A stretch of 31,910 nt of DNA. Origin: a virus. Taxonomy: Duplodnaviria > Caudoviricetes. The stretch spans positions 1 to 31,910 of the IMG/VR virus record IMGVR_UViG_3300042564_002559. One strand, given 5' to 3'. The notes beneath the pieces were generated by a model, which saw only the letters and a program-made list of their open reading frames with translations, ran no database searches and was not told the origin of the DNA. Of the stretch, positions 17,245 to 26,217 are shown piece by piece (position 1 is the stretch's first letter; each line of letters begins with the position of its first letter). The position numbers and the translations under genes were made by a program.

Positions 17245-18858
17245 ATGATAAAAAATTTAAACAAGGTTGTAATTGTTGGAGGCGGATCTGCTGGATGGAT
17301 GACAGCAGCTACACTTATAAAGTTTTATCCTGAAAAAGAAATTGTTGTAATTGAAAGTCCCAACATACCCGTAGTTGGTGTTGGAGAAAGTACAATTGGC
17401 GGACTTAAAACTTGGGTAAATGCATTAGAGATAGATGAAGATGATTTTATGAAATATACTGATGCTTCATACAAAATGAGTATTAAGTTTACCGATTTTT
17501 ATGATAAAGATTCTGGATCATTTCATTACCCGTTTGGATTGCCGTTTACTGGTCAGTTAGGTCCAAATAATACACAAATTTCACCACAAGAAATATTAAA
17601 GATGTGGCATTATAAAAAGGGAGTATTTCCAGAAACTCCAGTTCAAGATTACTGCAGGACATATTGGCCAACAATGCCATTAATTGAAAATAATAAATTT
17701 AGCAAAAATGAATCAGGAGAGTTCGACAATTACTATCCAGAGACAAACGTAGTCTACCATTTTGATGCAACAAAATTTGGTGCTTGGCTAAGAGACAGAT
17801 ACGCAAAACCAAAGGGAGTTATTCATATACAGGGAGAAGTTGTTACTGTTAACACAGATGAAAACGGGGTATCTAATTTAGTTTTAGATAATGGAGACAT
17901 TATTTATTCTGATTTATATGTCGATTGTACTGGATGGAAGAGCCTTCTGTTAGGTGATGCATTAAAAGAACCATTTAATTCATATGATCATATTCTTCCA
18001 AATAATAAAGCTTGGGCAGCACAGCTACAGTACAAAGATAAAGAAAAAGAATTAGAGCCATTTACTAATTGCACAGCTCTTGGAAATGGGTGGGCATGGA
18101 ATATTCCTTTATGGTCTAGATTAGGAACTGGGTATGTGTATAGCGATAAATATATATCTCCAGAAGATGCAAAACAAGAGTTTAAAAATTATTTAATGTC
18201 AGACAAAATGGTATCTCCTAGAACACAAGAAGAAGTGGATACTCTAGAGTTTAAAGATATTAACATGAGAATAGGTTTAGCGGAAAGATTGTTTGTAAAA
18301 AATGTTGTCGCAATAGGTTTATCTGCTGGATTTATTGAGCCTTTAGAAAGTAACGGATTGTTTACAATTCATCAGTTTTTATTAAAACTAGTAGATACAA
18401 TAAATAGAGGACCAGTTTCTCAATGGGATAAAGACGTGTACAACGTTTCTTGTAAGATACTATTCGATTCTTTTGCACATTTCGTATCTCTTCATTATGC
18501 ATTAAGCCACAGAACAGATACACAATATTGGAAAGATATATCTACAAAAACATTTTCAAATATGCAAGACTTAGATTATCTTCAGACTTCTGGATTTTTT
18601 GAGCTTGCAAAATTAAAAATGGTAAATGGCGCTCATGAACTTACAAGCGGAATGAACTGTGTTGCTACTGGAATGAATTTCTTTTTATACAGCCAACAAG
18701 ACCTTCTCCCTCATCCAATTTATAAGCAAAGTTATATAAAAGAATATGTTGAAAACTTTGTTAAAAGTACAGAGTATGTTCAGCTTAAATGGAAAAAGGC
18801 AGCAGAAGATGCTCCTACACTTTATCAATATTTGAAAGATAAATATGATAAAGCCTAA
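17245..18858 (+). CDS. Flavin-dependent halogenase, tryptophan halogenase (PrnA/RebH) family
   Basis: GGGSAG FAD motif, GVGEST, ASYKMSIKF (Lys77, equivalent to catalytic PrnA K79), YHFDA, DCTG, WAWNIP (WxWxIP) and GFIEPLESNG. Confidence 0.93.
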   Translation: MIKNLNKVVIVGGGSAGWMTAATLIKFYPEKEIVVIESPNIPVVGVGESTIGGLKTWVNALEIDEDDFMKYTDASYKMSIKFTDFYDKDSGSFHYPFGLPFTGQLGPNNTQISPQEILKMWHYKKGVFPETPVQDYCRTYWPTMPLIENNKFSKNESGEFDNYYPETNVVYHFDATKFGAWLRDRYAKPKGVIHIQGEVVTVNTDENGVSNLVLDNGDIIYSDLYVDCTGWKSLLLGDALKEPFNSYDHILPNNKAWAAQLQYKDKEKELEPFTNCTALGNGWAWNIPLWSRLGTGYVYSDKYISPEDAKQEFKNYLMSDKMVSPRTQEEVDTLEFKDINMRIGLAERLFVKNVVAIGLSAGFIEPLESNGLFTIHQFLLKLVDTINRGPVSQWDKDVYNVSCKILFDSFAHFVSLHYALSHRTDTQYWKDISTKTFSNMQDLDYLQTSGFFELAKLKMVNGAHELTSGMNCVATGMNFFLYSQQDLLPHPIYKQSYIKEYVENFVKSTEYVQLKWKKAAEDAPTLYQYLKDKYDKA

Positions 18859-19129
18859 AGACATATGGGAAATAACAACCCAGTTATTTGAAAAAAAATA
18901 CTGGAATAAAACTAATATAATTGAGTTTTGGGCATTTTCTACAAAGCTTATGATTATATTTCCAGGACTTTTATTCGGTAAACAATTTTGGTGGCTATTT
19001 ATATTTGCTCTGGCTTCTAGCCTGGCTCTTATTTTTACTTCTACCATTAAAACATTACCAACAATTATTTACTTTAACATTGGGTGGAGCATCCTGGCTT
19101 CCATCGCAATAATCAAACACTTTATATAA
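18845..19129 (+). CDS. Small membrane protein (about 3 TM helices), function unknown
   Basis: Overlaps the halogenase 3' end by 14 nt; three hydrophobic segments. Confidence 0.65.
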   Translation: MIKPKDIWEITTQLFEKKYWNKTNIIEFWAFSTKLMIIFPGLLFGKQFWWLFIFALASSLALIFTSTIKTLPTIIYFNIGWSILASIAIIKHFI

Positions 19130-19138
19130 AGGAGAAAA

Positions 19139-19393
19139 ATGTCAGAAGAAACAAAGACCCCAAATGCTGAAACAGCCTTTGTTGTTGTAAAAGGACTAGA
19201 CGGCGCCTATAAGTTACTGGACTCGCTTTCAGACGAAATTGTTCTTTCCAGAAAGCCCTCACGTCTAGATATTAAACTTGCCGCTGGAGAAATTTATAAC
19301 TCAATTTCAAATGCAGAGTCGGCAGAGGCAGTACTAACACTTCTTGCAAGATCACAACAGCCTCAGACAGCAGCAGAAGAACCTAAAGAATAA
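19139..19393 (+). CDS. Hypothetical protein
   Basis: AAGGAG RBS; fills the gap between coupled genes. Confidence 0.7.
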   Translation: MSEETKTPNAETAFVVVKGLDGAYKLLDSLSDEIVLSRKPSRLDIKLAAGEIYNSISNAESAEAVLTLLARSQQPQTAAEEPKE

Positions 19394-19396
19394 TTA

Positions 19397-20455
19397 ATGC
19401 GTTTTCATGTGGTAAGTCTTCCACATACTCAAACGACTAAAGAGTATGTCAATTGCGCCTTTACTGAAAAAGTAAGGCGCTTTTGTCTTATGATGAAAGA
19501 TTTAGGGCATGAGGTTTACCTATATGCTGGTGAACAAAACGAGGCTCCATGTGATGAATTAATTACTTGTATATCCGATCAAGAAAGAATTGATGGCTTA
19601 GACGGTAAACATTTTACTTCCGCCTCATTTGATATTAAACAGCCTTACTGGGATAAATTCTTAAATAACGTAATACAAGAATTACGCCCACGACTTCAGC
19701 AAAAAGATTTTATATGTTTAATTGGCGGGACATCTCATAAGCCAATAGCAGATGCCTATCCAGAACATATGTCAGTAGAGTTTGGAATAGGATACGGATC
19801 CAGCTTTGCTAAATATCGTGTTTGGGAATCTTATTCATGGATGCATTCGTCTTATGCTGCGTATAAAGATCCAACAAAAGTTGACGGATTATTTTATGAT
19901 ACAGTAATCCCAGGATATTTTGAACCAGAAATGTTTCCATTCCAGCCAGATAAAAAAGATTACTATCTTTATATTGGCAGAATGATAGAACGTAAAGGAG
20001 TAGATATTGCATCTCAAATGTGTAAAGAAATTGGCGCAAAATTAATAATGGCTGGCCCTGGAGACTATATTCCAAAATACGGTGAATATGTTGGACCTAT
20101 TGATTCTGATAAAAGAGCAGAATTAATGGGTGGAGCAATTGCAGTTTTAGCACCGACAACATATATAGAGCCATTTGGAAACATTGTTCCAGAGGCACAT
20201 TTTTGCGGTACCCCAACAATTACAACAGACTGGGGGGCATTTGTAGAAACAAATCCTAATGGAATAACTGGATATAGATGCAGAACCCTAGATGAATTTT
20301 GCAAAGCGGCGGAAGACGTTAAGAAATTAAACCCTCAAATAATACATGATCGTGCTATGGCCACATACTCAGTAGATGTTATAAAATATAAGTATGAGAA
20401 GTATTTTAAAGGCCTTTTAACGCTATGGGACCAAGGATGGTACACAAGATTATAA
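19397..20455 (+). CDS. GT4 family (GT-B fold) glycosyltransferase
   Basis: YLYIGRMIERKG and the EX7E signature EPFGNIVPEAHFCGTPTITTDWGAFVE. Confidence 0.92.
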   Translation: MRFHVVSLPHTQTTKEYVNCAFTEKVRRFCLMMKDLGHEVYLYAGEQNEAPCDELITCISDQERIDGLDGKHFTSASFDIKQPYWDKFLNNVIQELRPRLQQKDFICLIGGTSHKPIADAYPEHMSVEFGIGYGSSFAKYRVWESYSWMHSSYAAYKDPTKVDGLFYDTVIPGYFEPEMFPFQPDKKDYYLYIGRMIERKGVDIASQMCKEIGAKLIMAGPGDYIPKYGEYVGPIDSDKRAELMGGAIAVLAPTTYIEPFGNIVPEAHFCGTPTITTDWGAFVETNPNGITGYRCRTLDEFCKAAEDVKKLNPQIIHDRAMATYSVDVIKYKYEKYFKGLLTLWDQGWYTRL

Positions 20456-20464
20456 GGCTAATAA

Positions 20465-20482
20465 TGGTACAATATAAAAATG
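20465..20482 (+). promoter_or_regulatory. Leaderless extended -10 promoter (TGGTACAAT, 6 nt before ATG)
   Basis: TACAAT 20468-20473 with TGn, ATAAAA, ATG 20480. No RBS. Confidence 0.65.
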
Positions 20483-21316
20483 GCAACCACAGGTAAAGGT
20501 TTTCGATATCCAGATTATGCAAACACTCCAGACGTCCCTAGAGACCTGGAGTACCTTGCTGAAGACGTAGATACGTACTTAGAGACACATCCTGGCCCTA
20601 CGGGCCCCACAGGCCCTTCAGGGCCATCTGGTGCCACTGGCCCATCAGGTCCTCAAGGAGTAACTGGAGCAACAGGGCCTACAGGCCCAACAGGAGCAAC
20701 AGGTCCATCTGGACCTCAAGGAACAGCAGTAACAATTTTAGGAACTTATAATTCATTAGGTGAATTACAAACAGCACATCCAACAGGAAATGCTGGAGAC
20801 GGATATTTAATTGGCGGAACGTTATATGTTTGGTCAGTTAGTACAACATCTTGGGAAAATGTTGGAAATATTCAAGGCCCAACAGGACCAACTGGTTCAA
20901 CAGGACCAACAGGCCCACAAGGATCTTCTGGAGCAGACTCAGTAGTTCCTGGACCAACGGGACCAACGGGCCCAGCAGGTGCTACAGGTCCATCAGGTCC
21001 TCAAGGTATTCAAGGTATTCAAGGACCGTCTGGACCAACAGGTCCAGTAGGATCAAGTGGACCAGCGGGAGAAAATTCTACAGTTCCTGGACCATCAGGT
21101 CCATCAGGTGCAACAGGTCCTTCAGGACCATCTGGACCATCAGGTCCATCAGGTGCAACAGGTCCTTCAGGACCATCTGGACCAACAGGCCCAGCAGGAG
21201 TTTCCGTAGCATATTCTAATGGAACAGATACAGCTAATTTAAATAAAATATTTTATAATACAACTGGAACACCACCAAGCGGAACTGCTACTGGCGACCT
21301 TTATATTTACTACTAG
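20480..21316 (+). CDS. Collagen-like fibre protein
   Basis: Two Gly-X-Y blocks (GPT/GPS/GAT) separated by a TILGTYNS...[12 protein letters not shown]...W.NVG knob, and a C-terminal [14 protein letters not shown]. Confidence 0.88.
   Translation: MATTGKGFRYPDYANTPDVPRDLEYLAEDVDTYLETHPGPTGPTGPSGPSGATGPSGPQGVTGATGPTGPTGATGPSGPQGTAVTILGTYNSLGELQTAHPTGNAGDGYLIGGTLYVWSVSTTSWENVGNIQGPTGPTGSTGPTGPQGSSGADSVVPGPTGPTGPAGATGPSGPQGIQGIQGPSGPTGPVGSSGPAGENSTVPGPSGPSGATGPSGPSGPSGPSGATGPSGPSGPTGPAGVSVAYSNGTDTANLNKIFYNTTGTPPSGTATGDLYIYY
21089..21178 (+). repeat. Exact 45-nt tandem duplication in the collagen region
   Basis: GGACCATCAGGTCCATCAGGTGCAACAGGTCCTTCAGGACCATCT at 21089-21133 and 21134-21178. Confidence 0.9.
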
Positions 21317-21324
21317 GAGCCTAA

Positions 21325-22572
21325 ATGAGTATAAGAGTATATGTTGGCTCACAGTGGAATAATCAAAAATCACTAAGCATTTATAGCGGTACAACCTGGA
21401 GCAAAGTAAAGCAAGGTTGGATTTTTAATGGGTCTAACTGGTCTTTAAATTATCCAGAGTTTCCAGTAAGCACAACAGCTCCAACAATAAGTGGCACCGC
21501 AACTATTGGAAATACTTTAACATGCACACAAGGTTCTTGGCAAGGCGAGGATGCATATACGCCAACAAGCTATTCATATCAATGGAAGCGTGGAGCAACA
21601 AATGTTGGAACAAATCAAAATACTTATACTACAGTTTCTGCAGATGTAGGAAGTGCAATAACATGTGTTGTTACTGCAAATAATCAAAGAGGTGGCACTC
21701 CATCTACATCAAGTAATAGTATCACTGTAGCACCAGCAGCACCAACTGGATTATCTGTAACAAGCACAACATTGACACCAGGAGCGTTTACTGTAAATGG
21801 AACTGGTGGAGTAACAAGTTGGTCTGCTACAAATACAACCTCAACAAATGCAACAATATACATTGGAGTTGCAACAAGCACTGGGACACAGCCTTCATCA
21901 GGAACAATCTATACTCCATTTTCATGGACAAGTATTCCAACAACATTTCAAAGCCTTCAGTCGTGGGGTGCTGGTACTGTAACAATAACAGTATTTGCAG
22001 TTAATCAAAATAGAAAATTAAGAGTTAGTTGGACTGCAGCATCTGGAGCAACATCGTATGACGTGTCTTGGAGTGGCGGAACAAATGGAAGCGTTTCTGG
22101 AATTACTGCAACATCGTATGAAATAAATGCAGACAATACAAGCTCTGTAACATTTACAGTAACATCAAAATCTGGATCAACTTCTGGAGGATCAGCTTTC
22201 GCCGCTGGATCATCAACAGAACCTCAAACAACAAGTAGCACAAATGTTACTTTAACTGGAACTACTACAACTACTACCACCACAACTACAACAACTACAA
22301 CAACAGCGTGTATTTGTACATATAGTATAAGCGGAGTAAACTGGACTTCCCCACAATGTTGCCCGACTGGTTCAACAATATCTGCAGCTGGAACTGGCCC
22401 TGGAAGAACAGTAACGGCAAGTAGCTGTTGCCCTACTTATCCAATTAAATTTAATTGCAGCTCGTTCGACGTTACAAACTCTTCAAGCTCAAACTACAGT
22501 GTTTGTTTTAGCGTTGGACAATGTGCTGCTAATAATAACTCTTCTGGAACCAGAACAGCTTGTGTTGGTTAA
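21325..22572 (+). CDS. Fibre tip protein: Ig-like and FN3-like domains, poly-Thr linker, Cys-rich C-terminus
   Basis: AGGAG RBS; Ig-like domain PTISGTATIGNTLTCTQGSW...SYSYQWKR...ADVGSAITCVVTA; FN3-like VSWTAASGATSYDV; 15 consecutive Thr (22261-22305); 10 Cys in the region after them. Confidence 0.8.
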   Translation: MSIRVYVGSQWNNQKSLSIYSGTTWSKVKQGWIFNGSNWSLNYPEFPVSTTAPTISGTATIGNTLTCTQGSWQGEDAYTPTSYSYQWKRGATNVGTNQNTYTTVSADVGSAITCVVTANNQRGGTPSTSSNSITVAPAAPTGLSVTSTTLTPGAFTVNGTGGVTSWSATNTTSTNATIYIGVATSTGTQPSSGTIYTPFSWTSIPTTFQSLQSWGAGTVTITVFAVNQNRKLRVSWTAASGATSYDVSWSGGTNGSVSGITATSYEINADNTSSVTFTVTSKSGSTSGGSAFAAGSSTEPQTTSSTNVTLTGTTTTTTTTTTTTTTTACICTYSISGVNWTSPQCCPTGSTISAAGTGPGRTVTASSCCPTYPIKFNCSSFDVTNSSSSNYSVCFSVGQCAANNNSSGTRTACVG

Positions 22573-22576
22573 TCTA

Positions 22577-22614
22577 TTTACAATGTTTAAAGAAACAGGT
22601 ATAATTACATTATG
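22577..22614 (+). promoter_or_regulatory. Leaderless promoter TTTACA-17-TATAAT, 6 nt before ATG
   Basis: TTTACA 22577-22582, TATAAT 22600-22605, ATG 22612. No RBS. Confidence 0.75.
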
Positions 22615-22998
22615 ATAAATTTAAATGAAGAAGATTGGTTTATTTATCCAAATAAAGAGATAAATATGGCTAAAGGGAAATCTGCCGAACAGATAGCTCT
22701 TGTGGTAGATGGTGAAATAGCATCCTTTATAGGAATTGATCCAAATTTATCTAATGTTTTTTTAAATGCGACAAGTTTTATAGAATGTGAAAGTTTAGAA
22801 AGCGGAGTATTTTGTATTACAGTTTCTGATGGAACAAATACCGAAACAATTTTATGTAATGAAATGATTTATGCAATTCTTTTATCAAGTCCAACTATTG
22901 TAAAAGTAGATATTAGTATTCATACTTATGCAGATAGAGCAGAACCTGGCTGGCTATATGTTGACGGACAGTTTATAGTGCCAGGAGAATATGATTGA
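22612..22998 (+). CDS. Hypothetical protein, possible fibre assembly factor
   Basis: IALVVDGEI...AILLSSPTIV...GWLYVDGQF; the ending resembles the DGQ motif of 7889..8242. Confidence 0.6.
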   Translation: MINLNEEDWFIYPNKEINMAKGKSAEQIALVVDGEIASFIGIDPNLSNVFLNATSFIECESLESGVFCITVSDGTNTETILCNEMIYAILLSSPTIVKVDISIHTYADRAEPGWLYVDGQFIVPGEYD

Positions 22999-23225
22999 AA
23001 TCTAAGTGGCAGCAGTATAAAGAAAAATTAGGCAATACTAGACCGTGGGATATTTTAAATCCAAACGCTGAATATGCATCAGAAGAGCTTGCTAATCATA
23101 GATACTCTTTATGTCAAGGATGCCCATTTTTTATAGATCTTACCAAACAATGTAAAGAGTGTGGTTGCTTTATGACAGTTAAAACTAAACTTTTAAATGC
23201 AGCGTGTCCGCAAAATAAGTGGTAA
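22995..23225 (+). CDS. Small Cys-rich protein (DUF6171-like, CxxC...CxxCGC...CP..KW)
   Basis: TTG start overlapping the upstream TGA; RYSLCQGCP...QCKECGCF...AACPQNKW. Confidence 0.75.
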   Translation: MKSKWQQYKEKLGNTRPWDILNPNAEYASEELANHRYSLCQGCPFFIDLTKQCKECGCFMTVKTKLLNAACPQNKW

Positions 23226-23227
23226 AA

Positions 23228-24136
23228 ATGTCTAGTATTTTTATTCAAATACCATCATACCATGATTTTGAACTAAGAAAAACAATATTAAATATTATAG
23301 AAAATAGTTCTGGCGAAAACATAATAAATTTTGGAGTTCATATAACATATAACAAAAAAGATGAAATAGATGTGTCTGATATTCCAAATGTTAAATTTTC
23401 TAAAAGTAAAGCTCCCAAAAACCTAGGGGTTGGGATGGGAAGGTACTTGGCTAATAAATTTTATGATAAAGAAGATTTCTATTTTCAAATAGATTCTCAT
23501 ACTAGATTAGAAAAAAATTGGGACAAAACATTAATTGATTGTTACAATAAATATTTATCTATTGGCTATAATCCAGTACTGTCTGCATATCCAGCTGGAT
23601 ATAGGTATGTGGACTATAAAGTTGTAAAAGATATAGATCCAGTAATATCTGTAGCAGGATTTGAAAAAGATAAAAGTTTTTTAAAAAACTATATACCCCA
23701 TCAAATAGCAGTTAAGAATAAAGAAAAAAACATATTTACTAAATCTATATCTGCTGCATTTGTATTTTCTAAAGGAGAAATTGCAAAAATAGAGCCTAAC
23801 AAAAATATATTTTTTTGGGGAGAAGAATCAATAATGGCTGTTAGATTGTATACACATGGATACGACTTAATGTTGCCAGATCAACAAGTAATGTACCACC
23901 TGTACTTTGACTGGGATAATCAAATCGGGTCTCAAAGAAGAGTGGTCTCAAATGATTTTCCAGAAGAATCTATAAAGCTTCAAAAGATTTCTGACAAAGA
24001 GATGTATCGAATTATAAATTTTCGTACCATCGGGGACCAGTCCCTTGGATCCGTAAGGAGCCTTGCAGAATATGAAGAGTACGCTGGACTAGATTTTATA
24101 GGCAAAAAAATAGTAGGAACTGAATATATAGTATAA
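23228..24136 (+). CDS. GT60-like polypeptide/hydroxyproline N-acetylglucosaminyltransferase
   Basis: IFIQIPSYHD at the N-terminus, QIDSHTRLEKNWD (DSH motif), VLSAYP, AAFVFS and FWGEE...RLYTHGYD match the Skp1-Hyp GlcNAc transferase family pattern. Confidence 0.82.
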   Translation: MSSIFIQIPSYHDFELRKTILNIIENSSGENIINFGVHITYNKKDEIDVSDIPNVKFSKSKAPKNLGVGMGRYLANKFYDKEDFYFQIDSHTRLEKNWDKTLIDCYNKYLSIGYNPVLSAYPAGYRYVDYKVVKDIDPVISVAGFEKDKSFLKNYIPHQIAVKNKEKNIFTKSISAAFVFSKGEIAKIEPNKNIFFWGEESIMAVRLYTHGYDLMLPDQQVMYHLYFDWDNQIGSQRRVVSNDFPEESIKLQKISDKEMYRIINFRTIGDQSLGSVRSLAEYEEYAGLDFIGKKIVGTEYIV

Positions 24137-24148
24137 TCAATTAAATTA

Positions 24149-24157
24149 TGCTATAAT
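24149..24157 (+). promoter_or_regulatory. Extended -10 promoter TGCTATAAT
   Basis: Perfect TGn-TATAAT upstream of an AAGGAG RBS and ATG 24174. A second TATAAT lies at 24132-24137. Confidence 0.65.
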
Positions 24158-24173
24158 AAAAAAAGGAGAGAAT

Positions 24174-24377
24174 ATGCCAAACTATACAATATTAACAGAA
24201 GATGAAAAAACCGCAATTAGGCAAAACGCCATTAGAAATTTAGAGTATGGTATGTATGCGTTAGAGGTAGATTTAGAGTCTGAAAAAATAAAATCAGAGC
24301 TAGATGATGTCAGAATAGATCAGATTGAAAAAGAAATTGCAGAAAAGGAAGCGCAAATAGCAAAGCTATTGTCGTAG
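24174..24377 (+). CDS. Small acidic coiled-coil protein
   Basis: Good RBS; Glu/Lys-rich heptad-like pattern (IDQIEKEIAEKEAQIAKL). Confidence 0.7.
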   Translation: MPNYTILTEDEKTAIRQNAIRNLEYGMYALEVDLESEKIKSELDDVRIDQIEKEIAEKEAQIAKLLS

Positions 24378-24378
24378 C

Positions 24379-26217
24379 ATGTCATATAAACTAAGTGTTA
24401 TTTCTAATTCACCACTAGCCTTCTGGCCACTAGAATCCATTTCTAGTAGTGGAATATTAACATACCAGGATTTATTAGACGATTACAGCACCTATACAGA
24501 ATTTTTAAATGGGTTTGAAACATATGCAGATTCTAGCGGGTCTACTACACCAGATGTTTCTGGTTCAAATAATAATGGGGTATACATAGGACTTGTATAC
24601 GAAGACAATATCCCACTTTTATCAGGATTTTCAGAATCAAGAAAAATTAAAGGGTCGTCATCCATATTCTATCCAACTCTAAATGATCACTCACAACCAC
24701 AAGCATCTGTAGGTTTTGGAACATCAAATGCTTCCGATAATGACTTTACTTTAGAATGCTGGGCCTATGTCGACACATCATCTACTTTAGATATACCGTT
24801 AATTGGAGACTCATCATCAGATGTGGGGTTATTCTATAGCAATGGAAATATTGTATTTAAATTAAACTCTCAAGAAATTACATGGACAATTCCGTATACA
24901 AATAAAGCATTGCATATAGTCGCAACATACACTCCTACAAATGCATACCTATACATTGATGGAAAGATGGAAGTCCAAAAGGATCTAAGTAATTTTGCAT
25001 TTAACAATAACAACCTAAACCTTTCTTCTGGTCCAGTAAATAATTCTAATGACTATATGCTAATTAATGCAGTTGCAATTTATAGATATTCATTAAGCTC
25101 TCAATCAATTAAAAATCATTACGATAGCGGCAAAACTATTGATTCAAATCAAGTAGTTTATCCAGATGGCGGAGAGTTGTTTAATTTATACGACAACGCT
25201 TTATCGACAAAATACTCATATTCTTATCCAGCTAATAGGCAGTGGGAAGACTTTTTAACAGACGATTTATATTACGACAACATAAATAATGCAATAAGAA
25301 TTGCTTCAGGATCTGGTGTTGCAAAAACAGTTATCCTTAATGACTTTATAACTATTCCAAGCGGGGCAGAAATGGATGACTCTAGGATAGAATGGGACGG
25401 AAACAACGGTATTGAAGTTGAGACAAGTGTGGACGGAATAACCTATGAGTCTTGTATAAATGGTCAAGCAATACCACAATACTCCCTAGCCTCATTTGAT
25501 ACCTCTAGAGATCTACATATAAGAATTACAATGACAACTTCAGACGATAGCCTATATCTTCCTAAACTATATAGCCTATCAATGAGCTTTTATAAAGATC
25601 AAGTATTCTATGCAAATAACTCAGCATCTTATATATCACCTCTTCAAGGAGATATGGGGCTAAGCAACAATAGATATGAGATATTATCACGAGATGCGAG
25701 AAATGGAATAGCCCTAGAAACAGGATCAGCCTTTTCAATAAATACTAATACTCTAACTAAATCATTAGAGTTCTTCTATACTCCATCTACAATAAATGAC
25801 GGCGGGCTAGTAAAATCAATTTCTGGATCTGGTTATTCAGCATCCAATTTCTCTTGGTCATCTTCAGTAATATCCAAAACCAATATAGATAAGATATACG
25901 TCAATGGAATAGATAAAAGCACAGAGACAGATATCCACAATATATTTGCCAAGGACCAGCTTTATTATGTGGTAATCACATTTACTAATGCCATATCTGG
26001 GCAGATTGATATAAACTACTCTACCGCTGGCGCAATTTCGGCACTTTACCAGAATATAGCCATATATGATTATGCCTTAACTCTAGCTAAATCAGTAGAG
26101 CATTTTAATCTATACCTAGGAAACGCAACCGTATCCCTATCTAATTCGTTAATGAGCATGACAGAAAACTCTTTTAACTACTATAATTACGACTGGACAG
26201 TAGTACAAAATATATAA
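24379..26217 (+). CDS. LamG/concanavalin A-like domain virion protein
   Basis: PLAFWPL, DFTLECW, HIVATYT..AYLYIDG and AVAIYRYSLSSQSIKNHY, plus a second degenerate copy near the C-terminus (NIAIYDYALT...VEHF). Confidence 0.85.
   Translation: MSYKLSVISNSPLAFWPLESISSSGILTYQDLLDDYSTYTEFLNGFETYADSSGSTTPDVSGSNNNGVYIGLVYEDNIPLLSGFSESRKIKGSSSIFYPTLNDHSQPQASVGFGTSNASDNDFTLECWAYVDTSSTLDIPLIGDSSSDVGLFYSNGNIVFKLNSQEITWTIPYTNKALHIVATYTPTNAYLYIDGKMEVQKDLSNFAFNNNNLNLSSGPVNNSNDYMLINAVAIYRYSLSSQSIKNHYDSGKTIDSNQVVYPDGGELFNLYDNALSTKYSYSYPANRQWEDFLTDDLYYDNINNAIRIASGSGVAKTVILNDFITIPSGAEMDDSRIEWDGNNGIEVETSVDGITYESCINGQAIPQYSLASFDTSRDLHIRITMTTSDDSLYLPKLYSLSMSFYKDQVFYANNSASYISPLQGDMGLSNNRYEILSRDARNGIALETGSAFSINTNTLTKSLEFFYTPSTINDGGLVKSISGSGYSASNFSWSSSVISKTNIDKIYVNGIDKSTETDIHNIFAKDQLYYVVITFTNAISGQIDINYSTAGAISALYQNIAIYDYALTLAKSVEHFNLYLGNATVSLSNSLMSMTENSFNYYNYDWTVVQNI

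Noticed and set aside
20851-21219. Arg/Ser-rich 122-aa ORF
   Set aside because: An alternative frame of the collagen repeats.
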